From IMG/VR virus record IMGVR_UViG_3300010362_000038, positions 1 through 43,753 of that record: DNA of 43,753 bases; one strand, written 5' to 3'. Below, piece by piece: positions 17,353 through 27,970 of the stretch; the stretch's first letter is position 1, and every line of letters starts with the position of its first letter. The DNA is from a virus. Its lineage: Duplodnaviria; Caudoviricetes. A program made the translations under genes and the position numbers. The notes beneath the pieces were generated by a model. That model searched no databases, was not told where the DNA came from, and worked only from the letters and a program-made list of their open reading frames with translations.

Positions 17353-17361
17353 CGTCGTCTC

Positions 17362-18543
17362 CTACAGCTTGATATACCAGGTCACCAATAGTGACCGTGG
17401 AATATTGTTCATGGGCTGTCCACCACCTTGACTGCTGGTTATGAATGTGTGCGAGTGGGAACCATCAGTAGTGGTGAAACTATGTGTGTGATTTGCACTT
17501 TGAATTCCAGAAGTGAATGTGTGCGTATGCGCTGCGGTCCCTGTCGTACCACTGAATGTATGGGAGTGATCTCCATCAGTGCTTGTACTCGTGCTTCCAC
17601 CCGACAGAATGCCAGAAGCATTCAGACCCTGCGCTGGGTTAAATGTCTGTATTGGGACAGTATGACTGTGTGCCCCCTGGGTGGAGGTTGTTCCACTGAA
17701 CGAGTGCGAGTGGGCCGGGCTATCAGCGTTGGTCGTGCCAGAGTGTGTATGATCCGCGCTTTGAACACTGGTTGTTGCAGTATGTTGATGGGTTGGTGAC
17801 TCCACGTTGGTAGTGCCACTGTGCGTATGCGCAGGCATCTGCGTGATGTCGAGTGTCAGCGTATTGATGCCGATCCTCGATCCAGGCGTAGTGGCATTAC
17901 CGAGCCCGAATGTCAGTCCACTGAACCATCCGCCAGCGGTACTGCCCATATCATCCAGCCCAATAAACACTGAGCCCTGTGCATTTGGCAGGATAATATT
18001 CTTATTCGCAGCAAAATCCGATGCTGCACTCGCGCCCCGACCGCCAGAGACTGGTGCGATCGTGTCAGTGAGACTATTCCACAAATAACTAAAGAGGTCC
18101 GAAGTATCTGCATTCGCGCGCTCAGTACCTCCACTGGAGGCATTGCCCATAGTGCGTCCATTGAGCCGCACGAAGCCGGTCTTGGTGGTATTGATCAACT
18201 CCGCATGAACCATACCAGTCGATAGACTTGTCGTCGGATCAGGCGTGACCGTCAGTTCGACTGGATCTGGGTTGGGAATGTTCTGCGTATATGTCAGCTG
18301 GACTCCATCCGCCGTCTTTACCTGAACATCGTAACCGAGAATGTAAGGAACAAATACATCAGGCCAACGGCCAAAAGCATCAGCAACGACCGGATTAGGA
18401 TGTGCAGAGCTCTCACCCGCATCTCTGTAAACAGTAAGCGGAGTTGTAGTGCCGCCACTGAAAAAGTACGCTACTGCTCCAGGAGCCTTCAGATCATCAG
18501 CGTAGCGTTCAACAATACCCGAGCGGTTCCATAGTGAGCCCAA
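17362..18543 (-). CDS. Tail fibre with collar domain and HxH metal-binding tip repeats
   Basis: GFVRLNG...LF..LW (collar), LDITQMPAHTH, nine HxH boxes, NNIPR...WYIKL end. Confidence 0.85.
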   Translation of the reverse strand: MGSLWNRSGIVERYADDLKAPGAVAYFFSGGTTTPLTVYRDAGESSAHPNPVVADAFGRWPDVFVPYILGYDVQVKTADGVQLTYTQNIPNPDPVELTVTPDPTTSLSTGMVHAELINTTKTGFVRLNGRTMGNASSGGTERANADTSDLFSYLWNSLTDTIAPVSGGRGASAASDFAANKNIILPNAQGSVFIGLDDMGSTAGGWFSGLTFGLGNATTPGSRIGINTLTLDITQMPAHTHSGTTNVESPTHQHTATTSVQSADHTHSGTTNADSPAHSHSFSGTTSTQGAHSHTVPIQTFNPAQGLNASGILSGGSTSTSTDGDHSHTFSGTTGTAAHTHTFTSGIQSANHTHSFTTTDGSHSHTFITSSQGGGQPMNNIPRSLLVTWYIKL

Positions 18544-18674
18544 GATAGGCCTCCTCTCGTATTTTCAGCTGAAACTCTCGTGCCTCAAGCGCCTCTCTTT
18601 TAGGGGTGGAGGCGTCCCGCGCGACAATCCCAGGAGGTCTTGGGAACTATCTAAACTGCGCATGGGCACGCCTC

Positions 18675-20369
18675 CTATTGCACCGGGAATAATCTTGGTG
18701 ACGGAACCAAGGAAGGCCTAGGCGGCGGTATAGCAGGTGTTTTGATTATATCAGCATATTGGTCTCTATACTTCTTACCCTCTTCAGTAAGAGATCCATC
18801 TTGATTAACGAATGCCGGTTCCTCACCAACTTTACTCCTGACATATCTATCCATTACTGGTAGGCGGGCTCTCGTAAGCGGTTTATCAGCTAAATATTCT
18901 TCTGCAGCTCTACCGCCAGCCATTGCCTTATCTAACACTGTTCGCATAATCTTCGACAGAAGCTTGTTCCCTTCAACTGATGTTGACAGGTTTGGAAACA
19001 TTGCAGCTATATAATCTCTATCAGCATTAGAGATCTGGTTACCCAATGTTCCAAGCTGCGCATATCCAACTTGATTAGAGAGAGCAAGAAAGGCCTCGGC
19101 TAATCTCGCCGATCGGATTGGTCCTTGAAGCTGACTAATCTTCTCTATATCTGGAACAGGAAGCCCCATTTCCTGCGCTGTTCTGGAAAGCGCTACCAAT
19201 GCGCTCAGACCCTTAGCCACGTATGCAACCCCTGCCCCAGACTTAAAGTCTGGGTTTGCCATTATGGAGTCCATAGTATCTAAGGCATTCTTCTGCTTTT
19301 CAGCATTAAGCATCTGCTCTCGATAACCATTTTTACCACTGTAAGCAGTCAAAACTTCTCCTGCCTGCTTTTCTGCCAGCTGTGGCATAATCTTATATTC
19401 TCTATAAGTATAGTATGGCTCACCAGCTTTCATATCTTGAATAAGCTGAAGACGATACTCCTGCATATCCTTCGGCATTTTCATCTGATCAGCAATATTA
19501 GTATACTGCGTCATCAAAGCACGAGCCATAGAACTATTACCGTACTTTGGCGGGATCATCATAAGCCTTCTCTCTATCTCAGTTCTAGCAGCATTAAGAT
19601 CACCTCCGAAACTTGGAACATCTATTGGCTGCGGCAAAGATGCCTCTGCCGACGGAGCTGCCCCTCCCGGACCAGACACAGGAGCAAGTCCCTGCGGCAA
19701 AGGACCAGACGGAGACATGCCTTGAGCCCACGCTGGAAGCGCAGCTGGGGGAACCATCTGCCCCCCGGTCTGCATCCCGACCGGAATAGCCTCTGGAGCA
19801 GTATCTGGAGTAGGATATGGTCCAGCCAATCTCGTTGCAGGAGTTGTTGACGAGTCCATCCCACTCTGAGCCCGTGCTATGATAGCATCACTTGGACTTA
19901 GAGCTGTGGCAACTGGGTTCGGGACTGTAGGCGGCTCTGCTTGGGATTGTCTACCCAATCCAACTGGTGGTGCTCCAAGAGGAATTGGTGGCGGAAATGC
20001 TGCTCCTGGTGCAGGCGCACCTGTCGGAGGTGGTCCAAAATCTGTTGGTGCTGGAAGCTCAGGTGTAGGCGCTGATGGAAGACCCCTTCCGTATATAGCC
20101 GGTAGATTCTTGGCATACTGTATATCCGCAGCAGCACGCTGCTCTGCCGCATATTTAGCAGTAGCAGCATTGTATAGTTGAATAGCAATCTTAGGGTCAC
20201 CGCCAAGTCGTAGTACTCGTGCAGCTGTTTCTGCAAGCGATGTATGACTACCAGTATCCAGATCCTTCAGCGCAGTTTGCGTTTGTCGGTCCTGCTCCGC
20301 AGTCCGATACACATCGGGCAACTGCCCAATCGGACTAAAATCTATCCTGAAGTCATATGGACTTGCCAT
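18675..20369 (-). CDS. Putative internal virion / DNA ejection protein
   Basis: Position after a Gly-rich ejection protein; helical domains with a Pro-rich linker. Confidence 0.65.
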   Translation of the reverse strand: MASPYDFRIDFSPIGQLPDVYRTAEQDRQTQTALKDLDTGSHTSLAETAARVLRLGGDPKIAIQLYNAATAKYAAEQRAAADIQYAKNLPAIYGRGLPSAPTPELPAPTDFGPPPTGAPAPGAAFPPPIPLGAPPVGLGRQSQAEPPTVPNPVATALSPSDAIIARAQSGMDSSTTPATRLAGPYPTPDTAPEAIPVGMQTGGQMVPPAALPAWAQGMSPSGPLPQGLAPVSGPGGAAPSAEASLPQPIDVPSFGGDLNAARTEIERRLMMIPPKYGNSSMARALMTQYTNIADQMKMPKDMQEYRLQLIQDMKAGEPYYTYREYKIMPQLAEKQAGEVLTAYSGKNGYREQMLNAEKQKNALDTMDSIMANPDFKSGAGVAYVAKGLSALVALSRTAQEMGLPVPDIEKISQLQGPIRSARLAEAFLALSNQVGYAQLGTLGNQISNADRDYIAAMFPNLSTSVEGNKLLSKIMRTVLDKAMAGGRAAEEYLADKPLTRARLPVMDRYVRSKVGEEPAFVNQDGSLTEEGKKYRDQYADIIKTPAIPPPRPSLVPSPRLFPVQ

Positions 20370-20378
20370 GGTATCCTC

Positions 20379-21476
20379 CTAACCAAACTTCAGTTGCGGA
20401 GCGAACGCGGCGGGATTATACAGCTTCGCACCGAGGGTTGCCAAGTTCTGTCCCAATCCAAACAGATTTGCCGACCCCTGCAACTGCGCCTGTGCAGCCT
20501 GCTGATACGTCGGAGTCTGCAACCCTGCGATATTTGTAGCGGCACCAGTTCCAATCCCCGTGAGTCCCTGTAGGAAGTTGGCCTGGTTCTGCCCGCCTGC
20601 GGTAAGCAGATTGGCCAGATTACCATAGCCCTGAGCCGCGAGATTGGATAGATTGGTCCCAAGCCCAGTGTACAGGTTGGCTGCATTCGCGCCCGTTCCA
20701 CTCAGCAGATTAGAAAGCTGCCCACCCGTGCCTGTGTAGATGTTAGCACCGGAAGTGCCTCCAGTCAACAGAGCGTTGCCAACCCCTGATCCATATCCAC
20801 TCAGGGCATTGACACCTAACGGCAATAGTTGACCCTGGTTGGCCGTGAGGTTCTGCAGCCAATTTCCATACTCCGTGTTGGCAAGACCCTGTCCAAACTG
20901 CAGTGCTTGTTGCAGCGTATTTCCACCTGCACCCATACCAGTTGCGTTTGCGGCACGAGTGAGTGCATCGAGTCCCTGTCCTAACTGAAACTGATATCCA
21001 GGAGATTGTTGAAAAGCTGCTACTGCTGCTGCATTGCCAGCTGGCCCACCAAGTCCCAGCGCGTTCTTGAGCATATCACTGTATGCGCCGCCGCCAGCCA
21101 GTATATTCGACCCGGCCAATCCAAGTGGCGAGTACGCTGCCGTAGCCCCTCCAACCCCGCCATAGAGCGCTCCTAAGCCACCACCCTGTCCGGCGTAGAG
21201 CGCCTGCGCGGCATTACCAGCTCCCCCATAGAGAGCACTAAGCGCGGGATCAAGTGATCCCTGAAGATACCCTGTGCTAAGACCTATACCCGTCTTGAGA
21301 GCATCAGCCCCTTGGGCAGTGCCGCTCGTAAGGGCGTTCAACCCCAGTGCCTGATTAGCGTTTATAGTGTTGGTAATATTTCCTTGAACACCCTGGAGAT
21401 ATGCCTGCTGCTGCTTGGCGGCATCAATCGCCGGTTGTCCAGTGAAGGCGTTTGTCAGTATATCGAAGATACCCAT
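20379..21476 (-). CDS. Gly/Ala/Gln-rich DNA transfer (ejection) protein
   Basis: FQQSPGYQFQL.QG..A motif; start MGIFD after GAGGAG. Confidence 0.75.
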   Translation of the reverse strand: MGIFDILTNAFTGQPAIDAAKQQQAYLQGVQGNITNTINANQALGLNALTSGTAQGADALKTGIGLSTGYLQGSLDPALSALYGGAGNAAQALYAGQGGGLGALYGGVGGATAAYSPLGLAGSNILAGGGAYSDMLKNALGLGGPAGNAAAVAAFQQSPGYQFQLGQGLDALTRAANATGMGAGGNTLQQALQFGQGLANTEYGNWLQNLTANQGQLLPLGVNALSGYGSGVGNALLTGGTSGANIYTGTGGQLSNLLSGTGANAANLYTGLGTNLSNLAAQGYGNLANLLTAGGQNQANFLQGLTGIGTGAATNIAGLQTPTYQQAAQAQLQGSANLFGLGQNLATLGAKLYNPAAFAPQLKFG

Positions 21477-21487
21477 CTCGAGTCTCC

Positions 21488-23587
21488 TCAGAACGGATTT
21501 ATGACATGCCAAGCAATGGCACAGTCATTAGTTGGCGCTGTGGCCATGCGGAACGTGGCGCTGCCAACAGTCGGCACGACATTCTTGAGTACAGCCGTCG
21601 CATCGTTATTCTTGATCATCGCAAATACTAGGCTATCGGCAGTGATGAGATCGTTGGTCAACACCAGCGACGTGGCCGAGGCTGCCATGATGACAATGCC
21701 ACAAGGGAAGTTAAGCGTCACATTACCGGTACCGATAACAATATTAGCCTTCAACGAAATCGAGCCGGACCATTTCTGCTGCGCCATAGTGCTCGATGGA
21801 TTACTACCGGCACCGGCATTGACATACTGCATCAATCCGCTGGATGTGCAGGTCTGAAAGTCCATTCCAACGTTGGTCGTATTGACTCGGATGTGAGTAC
21901 CAAACCCCGGCCAAGCAACGGCAGAACCGGCATCCGCGAGATACTCATTGATTGTAATCGCACCCTGAAGACACTTCCTGACATCAATTCCGGTATTAAG
22001 ACGTCCTCCTATTCTAATGCCAACATCCCACGCCAATGTGTCGGCGCCTCCGGTGCCGAGCCCATCGGAAACTGGCCCCAGGCTATCACAGCCGAAGGCC
22101 GTTCCCATCATGCGGCCACCGTTGTTGATGACGCTCATGAAGCCGCGATAGCTGCCGCCGTTCGTATAAGCAGCCATGTGATATTGAAATCCACTCACAT
22201 CCGGGTACGGGCAGATCGGCATTTCAATGATATGGCCGACCGACCAGGTCGAGGTGCTGTTCTCGCAGATCAGTTTGCCGGTCGCACTGTTGCCGCTGCT
22301 GACAACGCGCAGCACTTTGGCTTTCGGCCGAATGGTAAACGTGCTCGGCGCCCCCTTGCCGCGATACGAGGCATCACCAGCGACCGAGGTGGAATAGATG
22401 CCCATCGCTGTCGTGGTGCCGACATTGAGTATCTCATACCAAGATCGTAACCTATTCGATCCTGAGTCAAATGGGCTATTGGTATAGTCATCCGTGGCCA
22501 GACTGATGGCGCCGATGTTGAGCGAATTGCCGCCCACCATGTTGTTGGCCCAGGAAGTGCCGGTTCCGGTGAAGCCACCACCGGATATGCTCGACACCGT
22601 GCCAGTAGTAACCGGGGTCGCCGACAGATTAATAATGATCCTGTCCTGACCCATGAAGTTGGCATCGCCGGAGCCAACGTCCAACACCAGGGCTGGCTTT
22701 ATTGTCGCCCCGTTAGAATGATTATAGTAGAAAATAGCTGTGATCGTTCCGATACCAACAGCCGTGATCTGTACTGCCTCCATAGTGGGTGAGGCGCTTG
22801 GAATTTGCTGGTCGATGACTACCCAATCGCCCACACCGGCACCACTGGTTGAGGCAACTGTAACGGTCTGTGCAACAGTGCTCGCTGTGATCGCTTGCGT
22901 CGTGGTAGAATTATAGCTTGATGTCGTTACAGTAGAGATAGTCGACTGAACCAGAAAGCCCTGCTGCTTCAGATCAGAAACCAGCGCCCAACCCTGACCC
23001 TCGTCACCGTTTACAGGGCCGCCGGAATACTGAACAGCCTGATTGCCCCAGATTGCCGTATCGCTCATGCCATAGCTGATCATAGTCTGGCCGTAGATGA
23101 ATTTCTGGCCAGCTGCCCGTGCCGTCTGCGAGGTATTCAACGTCAAAAATGTCTTCTTGGCAGTGGTACTTCCGCCATTGGTGGCCTGCCCATGCACGGG
23201 GAAGAAGTTTATTTCGACCGCTTCCTCATTGGTAAAGCCAACATCGGTTGTAGAGCTGTCAGTAGTGACATCAATCTTTAACGCGTTGTGATCAGTTGGA
23301 TTATTGGTCGGCAGGTTTGGATTGAAAGCCTGCACGGCAATCCCACTTGGAGCCGAACCGTCGCCAATCCTTAACGAGCCCGAACTTGAATTCCAAAGCG
23401 CAGAGAGCGTACCAGTAACATTCCCACCAGAGTTATAAAGTATGTTACCCTCGTTACCTAATCCACCTCCACCTCCGCCAGAAGGGGGCTTTGCCAACTG
23501 AGTAATCCATGAGTACCAATCAGGTGTCCATCGCCGATTGGTATCAACAACTTCCGAATACGGATCAAGTGGATCGAGTGTTGTCAT
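21488..23587 (-). CDS. Tail spike / needle-like receptor-binding protein
   Basis: N-terminal VVD...WTP.W..W segment, poly-Gly linker, beta-rich Ser/Thr/Gly body; follows the gp10-like gene. Confidence 0.65.
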   Translation of the reverse strand: MTTLDPLDPYSEVVDTNRRWTPDWYSWITQLAKPPSGGGGGGLGNEGNILYNSGGNVTGTLSALWNSSSGSLRIGDGSAPSGIAVQAFNPNLPTNNPTDHNALKIDVTTDSSTTDVGFTNEEAVEINFFPVHGQATNGGSTTAKKTFLTLNTSQTARAAGQKFIYGQTMISYGMSDTAIWGNQAVQYSGGPVNGDEGQGWALVSDLKQQGFLVQSTISTVTTSSYNSTTTQAITASTVAQTVTVASTSGAGVGDWVVIDQQIPSASPTMEAVQITAVGIGTITAIFYYNHSNGATIKPALVLDVGSGDANFMGQDRIIINLSATPVTTGTVSSISGGGFTGTGTSWANNMVGGNSLNIGAISLATDDYTNSPFDSGSNRLRSWYEILNVGTTTAMGIYSTSVAGDASYRGKGAPSTFTIRPKAKVLRVVSSGNSATGKLICENSTSTWSVGHIIEMPICPYPDVSGFQYHMAAYTNGGSYRGFMSVINNGGRMMGTAFGCDSLGPVSDGLGTGGADTLAWDVGIRIGGRLNTGIDVRKCLQGAITINEYLADAGSAVAWPGFGTHIRVNTTNVGMDFQTCTSSGLMQYVNAGAGSNPSSTMAQQKWSGSISLKANIVIGTGNVTLNFPCGIVIMAASATSLVLTNDLITADSLVFAMIKNNDATAVLKNVVPTVGSATFRMATAPTNDCAIAWHVINPF

Positions 23588-25005
23588 CCTGAGAACCCTC
23601 TTGGTTCATCCTCCACTACACCACCCATCAAGCCCACATGCACTGGATCTGAAACGCTCAGTCGATACCGTATGCCCTGCCCTTTGGACAATCCACAGCT
23701 CAGAACATATGGATGGGAGCGAGTCTGCCCTGGACCTCCCAGACGTCGAGTCACTGGGAGTCCGAAGGTGTATCCGCCATCGAGTGACCACGAAATAAGT
23801 ACCTTCGGGTCCGCGATGCCTGGATAACTGCCAACGCCAGTTGTACAGTTGAAGCTTGCTCGCGGAATAACTATGCCGCGTGGGAAGTTGTGCAATGCTC
23901 CGCTCTCGACCTGCCATATCAAAGGATCGGTCCCCTCGAGAAAGTACGTGCCACTGATCTGATACAGTTCCCCGCTATATTCATCCCCGATAAGCCATCG
24001 ATCGAAGATACGCAGGGACTTCATTCCCTTCCAATTATCTCTATTATACGACTTCCTTTCATTCCATTCTCCTGTCGAAACATTGTGCTCCCATGTCCAG
24101 TCTTCATGACAGGTAAGCACCCAAAACGCTGAGCGACCGTACATATACACGAAGGCCTCAATCAGATCCCTCTTTCCGTTAATCACACTCTGTTGTATCG
24201 ACCGACTTACATCATCCGTAGAAACTGGAACTGGTGTGTATCCGTCGAGCCGATATACCACAAAGTCATCCCCAGCCCAAAGCAATTGGTTAGCCCAACC
24301 AGTTTCCCATCCGGCAATGGCATGAGTCCCAACAATGCCCCGAGGTATGGTGACCTCACGAGCAAACGGAAACGGCAGCGTGCCTGCGTCCCTGTAAACA
24401 CCGGTCCACTTGTCTCCAAAAGCATACAACCTTCCCGCATATCGCACCATCCTTCGAACAAAGAGTCCCTGTTCCGTCGTGAATGACAGCGCATTCACGT
24501 TAACCGAGTTCAGATCACTCGCGAATATTCTTCCATCTCCAAAGGACCACACAAAGTATCCATCAAAATCGCATACGCTTGTAGGGCTCGCTGGCAGATC
24601 GGGATCAGCGAACGCTGTCGGCGGTGACGCAGTAAACAAATTGAAGCACCCATTAGAAGTTACCACTGCCATATTATTTGGCGAGGCATTATTACGTGCT
24701 GTTGTTACTGGATCAGTCCCATTCAACGCTCCAACATCGGTGATAGCGAATGTCGGATCGAACGATAGCACTCTATCATCCACGATCCATAGGGCCTCTG
24801 AAGCCCCTGTATCAAGGAAGCCCCTCGTATGAATATGTCCAGTCTGTATCGCCATCCGTTCCAGCCCCGGAGATCGCCGGATAACAATCTGCGCTGGCGC
24901 TCCCACTGGCATCTTGTCCGCGAAGGCGTTTATCAGTCGCCCGGCACTCTCCTGCGGCCGTTGTCCCGGCGCACTCGTCGGTGGAAATAGGATTGGTACG
25001 GTCAT
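23584..25005 (-). CDS. Packaged-DNA stabilisation / tail hub protein (P22 gp10-like)
   Basis: R.PGL start, DGYFV, VYRLDGYTP..VST, WS.DGG.TF, S.SDPV. Confidence 0.85.
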   Translation of the reverse strand: MTVPILFPPTSAPGQRPQESAGRLINAFADKMPVGAPAQIVIRRSPGLERMAIQTGHIHTRGFLDTGASEALWIVDDRVLSFDPTFAITDVGALNGTDPVTTARNNASPNNMAVVTSNGCFNLFTASPPTAFADPDLPASPTSVCDFDGYFVWSFGDGRIFASDLNSVNVNALSFTTEQGLFVRRMVRYAGRLYAFGDKWTGVYRDAGTLPFPFAREVTIPRGIVGTHAIAGWETGWANQLLWAGDDFVVYRLDGYTPVPVSTDDVSRSIQQSVINGKRDLIEAFVYMYGRSAFWVLTCHEDWTWEHNVSTGEWNERKSYNRDNWKGMKSLRIFDRWLIGDEYSGELYQISGTYFLEGTDPLIWQVESGALHNFPRGIVIPRASFNCTTGVGSYPGIADPKVLISWSLDGGYTFGLPVTRRLGGPGQTRSHPYVLSCGLSKGQGIRYRLSVSDPVHVGLMGGVVEDEPRGFSG

Positions 25006-25349
25006 TAGAAATAATCCGCATCCATATCTGCATAACTCGGTCGACTCGAAGTCAACCGCCGAAGTTGCATCTCGAAGTACTCCTTGATCCCAGGGTCATA
25101 CTGCTTTCCGGCGATCGGAGTCGATATATTCGCTAATAAACTCGCCAACGCGTCGAACCATTCGCTTGGGATAAAATCAGTGTTAACTACGTTACAGATG
25201 CCGTTCGAGGCCAACTGCATCAGCAGCGGATCAATGTTCCTATCGATCCGCTCACTATACTCCGCCTCCAGCGGCTGACCGGTGCCCACAATGTTCAACT
25301 TAAGGGCTGCCTCAAGTATTAGATCTCCCCTAGTCTTGTTGATATCCAT
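25005..25349 (-). CDS. Head-tail adaptor (P22 gp4-like)
   Basis: T..DLI..AAL.L.IVG.GQ; directly upstream of the gp10-like gene. Confidence 0.7.
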   Translation of the reverse strand: MDINKTRGDLILEAALKLNIVGTGQPLEAEYSERIDRNIDPLLMQLASNGICNVVNTDFIPSEWFDALASLLANISTPIAGKQYDPGIKEYFEMQLRRLTSSRPSYADMDADYF

Positions 25350-25990
25350 TATGCTGTCCTCAGATCGATACCAATCTGCAGTCGGGTGATAGTCGAAACG
25401 CTGTCGAAGTTGAAGCGGAAACTGTCACCTGCATTAACCGCCACGTTCCATCCAGTCAGAACCGTGTCCTGGTACTTGATCGCACTCGACAGTGTGGGCT
25501 TTGCCGCAGCAGTTATAGTGTCCGCTACCGTAGGTGGATAGTTGGCGTAGGTATCCTTCCAGATATCCAATACCACACTCCCAGTCTGATCTGCCAGAAG
25601 CGTGACGCCAACAATCGTTCCAGTGAAGGGGATGTAAAGATCACCCTTGATACCCGTAGTGAGTACCGATCCATTCTGATACACTGTGAACGGCAGCGCA
25701 CGTATGCGCTGGTTATTCGTTAACTCTAGGTTACCCGCCCCGGTGAACCCAAGGCCCCCGGAAACGGGCGTCGCGGCTGGTGATCCTGCTCCAACTGCCC
25801 TGGCAACAATAGTGGCCGCTGGCATCGACTCAAGTGCGGCCAGTGGAATATTTGCGTAAGGAGCCACCGCAAAAACATAGGTACCTCCATTCTTAGTTAT
25901 GGTTATCCCATTTCCGGCGAGCACGTTCGCCGGAAACCTGGGAAGCAGCCGTGCCCGTAGACTTGGCTGCGTAGAAGATGCGATAGTCAT
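25349..25990 (-). CDS. Hypothetical virion protein
   Basis: Beta-rich; within the head-tail block. Confidence 0.7.
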   Translation of the reverse strand: MTIASSTQPSLRARLLPRFPANVLAGNGITITKNGGTYVFAVAPYANIPLAALESMPAATIVARAVGAGSPAATPVSGGLGFTGAGNLELTNNQRIRALPFTVYQNGSVLTTGIKGDLYIPFTGTIVGVTLLADQTGSVVLDIWKDTYANYPPTVADTITAAAKPTLSSAIKYQDTVLTGWNVAVNAGDSFRFNFDSVSTITRLQIGIDLRTA

Positions 25991-26334
25991 TTCAGCCCCT
26001 TTGGCACGGGCTTCAGCTTCTTTTCAGCCGGTGACGCCTCAACTAGCGGCGCCTCAGCCACTGGTTCCGTAGCCGGAGGCTCCGGTGGTTTTGGAACCGG
26101 CTCGCCTGGCTTCGCCACTGGATGCTGCGCTGATACTGTCGAGGGCGCTGGATACAGCTCATCATCCACGTCTGTCGGCTCAGGCTTCTTGTAGCCCTCC
26201 ACCTTGAAATACCTATTCTTTGCATACACCGCGAGCATCCGTTCGTCAGTAACTTCGCGCGCCTCACCCTTCTTGAATTCCCCAGCCTCTTCGATAGTCT
26301 GATCTTCTTCGCCTAACCATGTCACCTGCGCCAT
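25987..26334 (-). CDS. Hypothetical protein with Pro-rich tail
   Basis: AAAGGAGG RBS before MAQVTW. Confidence 0.7.
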   Translation of the reverse strand: MAQVTWLGEEDQTIEEAGEFKKGEAREVTDERMLAVYAKNRYFKVEGYKKPEPTDVDDELYPAPSTVSAQHPVAKPGEPVPKPPEPPATEPVAEAPLVEASPAEKKLKPVPKGLK

Positions 26335-26349
26335 GTCATCCTCCTTTGG

Positions 26350-26385
26350 AAAAAGAGGGAGAGCCAGGGCCACCTAACCCTCCCC
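26350..26385 (-). terminator. Rho-independent terminator after the capsid genes
   Basis: Minus strand GGGGAGGGTTAGG-TGGC-CCTGGCTCTCCC followed by TCTTTTT. Confidence 0.65.
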
Positions 26386-26404
26386 AAGTTGGCGCTAAAC
26401 CTCG

Positions 26405-26797
26405 TTAAGCCACCGGCTTGATGAAGCCCACGTACGTAAAAGCCTGCCCTGCGGTAGCGCCGCCCGACAGAGTTGCCCAGACGTCCGTGTCTGCAGTCGT
26501 TGGCTGTGTGAGTGCGGCCAGAGGAAAGATCTGCGTAGAGCCAGCCGTAACCGTGACGCCGGTCTGGACTTGGCTGCCACCAGAGGCAGTTCCGTAGGCC
26601 AATGCTGGAGTACCACCGGTGAAGGCGGTCTGGACCCTGGTGATGATGTGAGTGATAATACATCCGCTTGGAACAGTTCCGAGCTTGACGTTTACCGCAG
26701 CACCACCAGCGTCGGCCGAGAATGTCCCAGCGATATACTGAGCCACTTCGTAGCCGATTTCGCGTGCCGAAGTCCGGCTGTTGAGCTGAGATACCAT
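26405..26797 (-). CDS. Capsid decoration / cement protein
   Basis: Small beta-rich protein directly after the MCP; AGGAGG RBS. Confidence 0.7.
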   Translation of the reverse strand: MVSQLNSRTSAREIGYEVAQYIAGTFSADAGGAAVNVKLGTVPSGCIITHIITRVQTAFTGGTPALAYGTASGGSQVQTGVTVTAGSTQIFPLAALTQPTTADTDVWATLSGGATAGQAFTYVGFIKPVA

Positions 26798-26809
26798 CTG
26801 AGCACCTCC

Positions 26810-27970
26810 TTAATCAGCCTGCGATGCGAAGAACCCGGTAGCAATACCCCACTGCTTGAGTGCGGTACCAGTATTTGGGTGCTTCTTGAACATCTTGCTG
26901 ACACCGTAGGCCATCTCGATGCCTGTGCCAGTGATGAAGCCGTAGTCGTCCTCTTTGCGGAACGTAGGCTTCGCCATCTGACCCCAACCAAACGCAACGG
27001 CCTGCTGACCACAGAGGAACACAGGCTCGACTCGGCCGGTATAGCCAGCTGGAGTGCCAGCTGCGCCCGCTGTGAGCAAGGTCGTCCAGACGTTGGTGAC
27101 GAACTTGCTAATTTCCGGTACCAATCTGACGATCACACCATCATAGATCTGATCGCCATCTTGGAAGATCGGGTTTTTGAGACCCGGCGCCTCGCGGGGC
27201 CGAGCATCCTTATTGATAGTCTCCAGCGAGATCTTGAGATCGCGGAACGTATTCAGTCCCGCGAAAGCCACGTAGTGCTCATATCCATCCTCAGTCCGAT
27301 ATGGACGGATATGAGGATCAGCAGCCATCGCTATCCGCTTGAGCAACGACAAGTTCGTAGCCGTGAACTTATCATTGGTCCCATCAAGGCTGGCCAGCGA
27401 GCTGGCGTGGTTGCCAGCTACCAAGTTCGAGGTAGCATTCCCGAACAGAATACGATCGTTGTTATCGGTCTGCCACGTATTCTTCTGCGCGGCCGTCGCT
27501 AGATCGTACTGGATGCCATTCACCCTTACCCCACCCGAAGAGACTGGAAGGGTTTCGGTCAGGAGAGCCATCATAGACGCGATGATCTCGTCCCGCTGAA
27601 GTTCCTTACCCCAATCACTCAACAGGGGCTTGGCCTCACCGAAGACGTCCGCCGAGTCCTTCTGGTTCTCTGCCTTTGTCGTGACAACTGCGTGCCGCGC
27701 CCACTCCAATCGCAGACGCATCCCGTAGTTATCAATCCGCTCTTCGTTCCCGACCAGGGTCTGGGTCGCAACGCCAGCACCCTGAAGTCGGGTGACGAGC
27801 GGAATATTCATGTCCTCGCCTCCGGCTTTCAACTCGTTCCGCAGGCGAATGATTGCTGTCAAGCCCTCGGCCATATAGGGCGAGAACATATTCTCTCGAA
27901 CAAACTCCCGGTTTATGTCCTTCGTAAACTGGATGAGTTTGTTATTGGGATCGATAGTGGTTACAGCCAT
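26810..27970 (-). CDS. Major capsid protein (N4 gp56 / DUF4043-like)
   Basis: L.G.GV....LVGNEE, RHAV, NPIF.....YDGVI, FLCGQQA, DDYG. Confidence 0.9.
   Translation of the reverse strand: MAVTTIDPNNKLIQFTKDINREFVRENMFSPYMAEGLTAIIRLRNELKAGGEDMNIPLVTRLQGAGVATQTLVGNEERIDNYGMRLRLEWARHAVVTTKAENQKDSADVFGEAKPLLSDWGKELQRDEIIASMMALLTETLPVSSGGVRVNGIQYDLATAAQKNTWQTDNNDRILFGNATSNLVAGNHASSLASLDGTNDKFTATNLSLLKRIAMAADPHIRPYRTEDGYEHYVAFAGLNTFRDLKISLETINKDARPREAPGLKNPIFQDGDQIYDGVIVRLVPEISKFVTNVWTTLLTAGAAGTPAGYTGRVEPVFLCGQQAVAFGWGQMAKPTFRKEDDYGFITGTGIEMAYGVSKMFKKHPNTGTALKQWGIATGFFASQAD

Noticed and set aside
18565-18663. 32-aa minus-strand ORF with an AGGAGG upstream
   Set aside because: Too short and featureless to support; may be a leader region of the tail fibre gene.
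26570-27502. 310-aa + strand ORF
   Set aside because: Antisense shadow of the capsid genes with no recognisable motifs.
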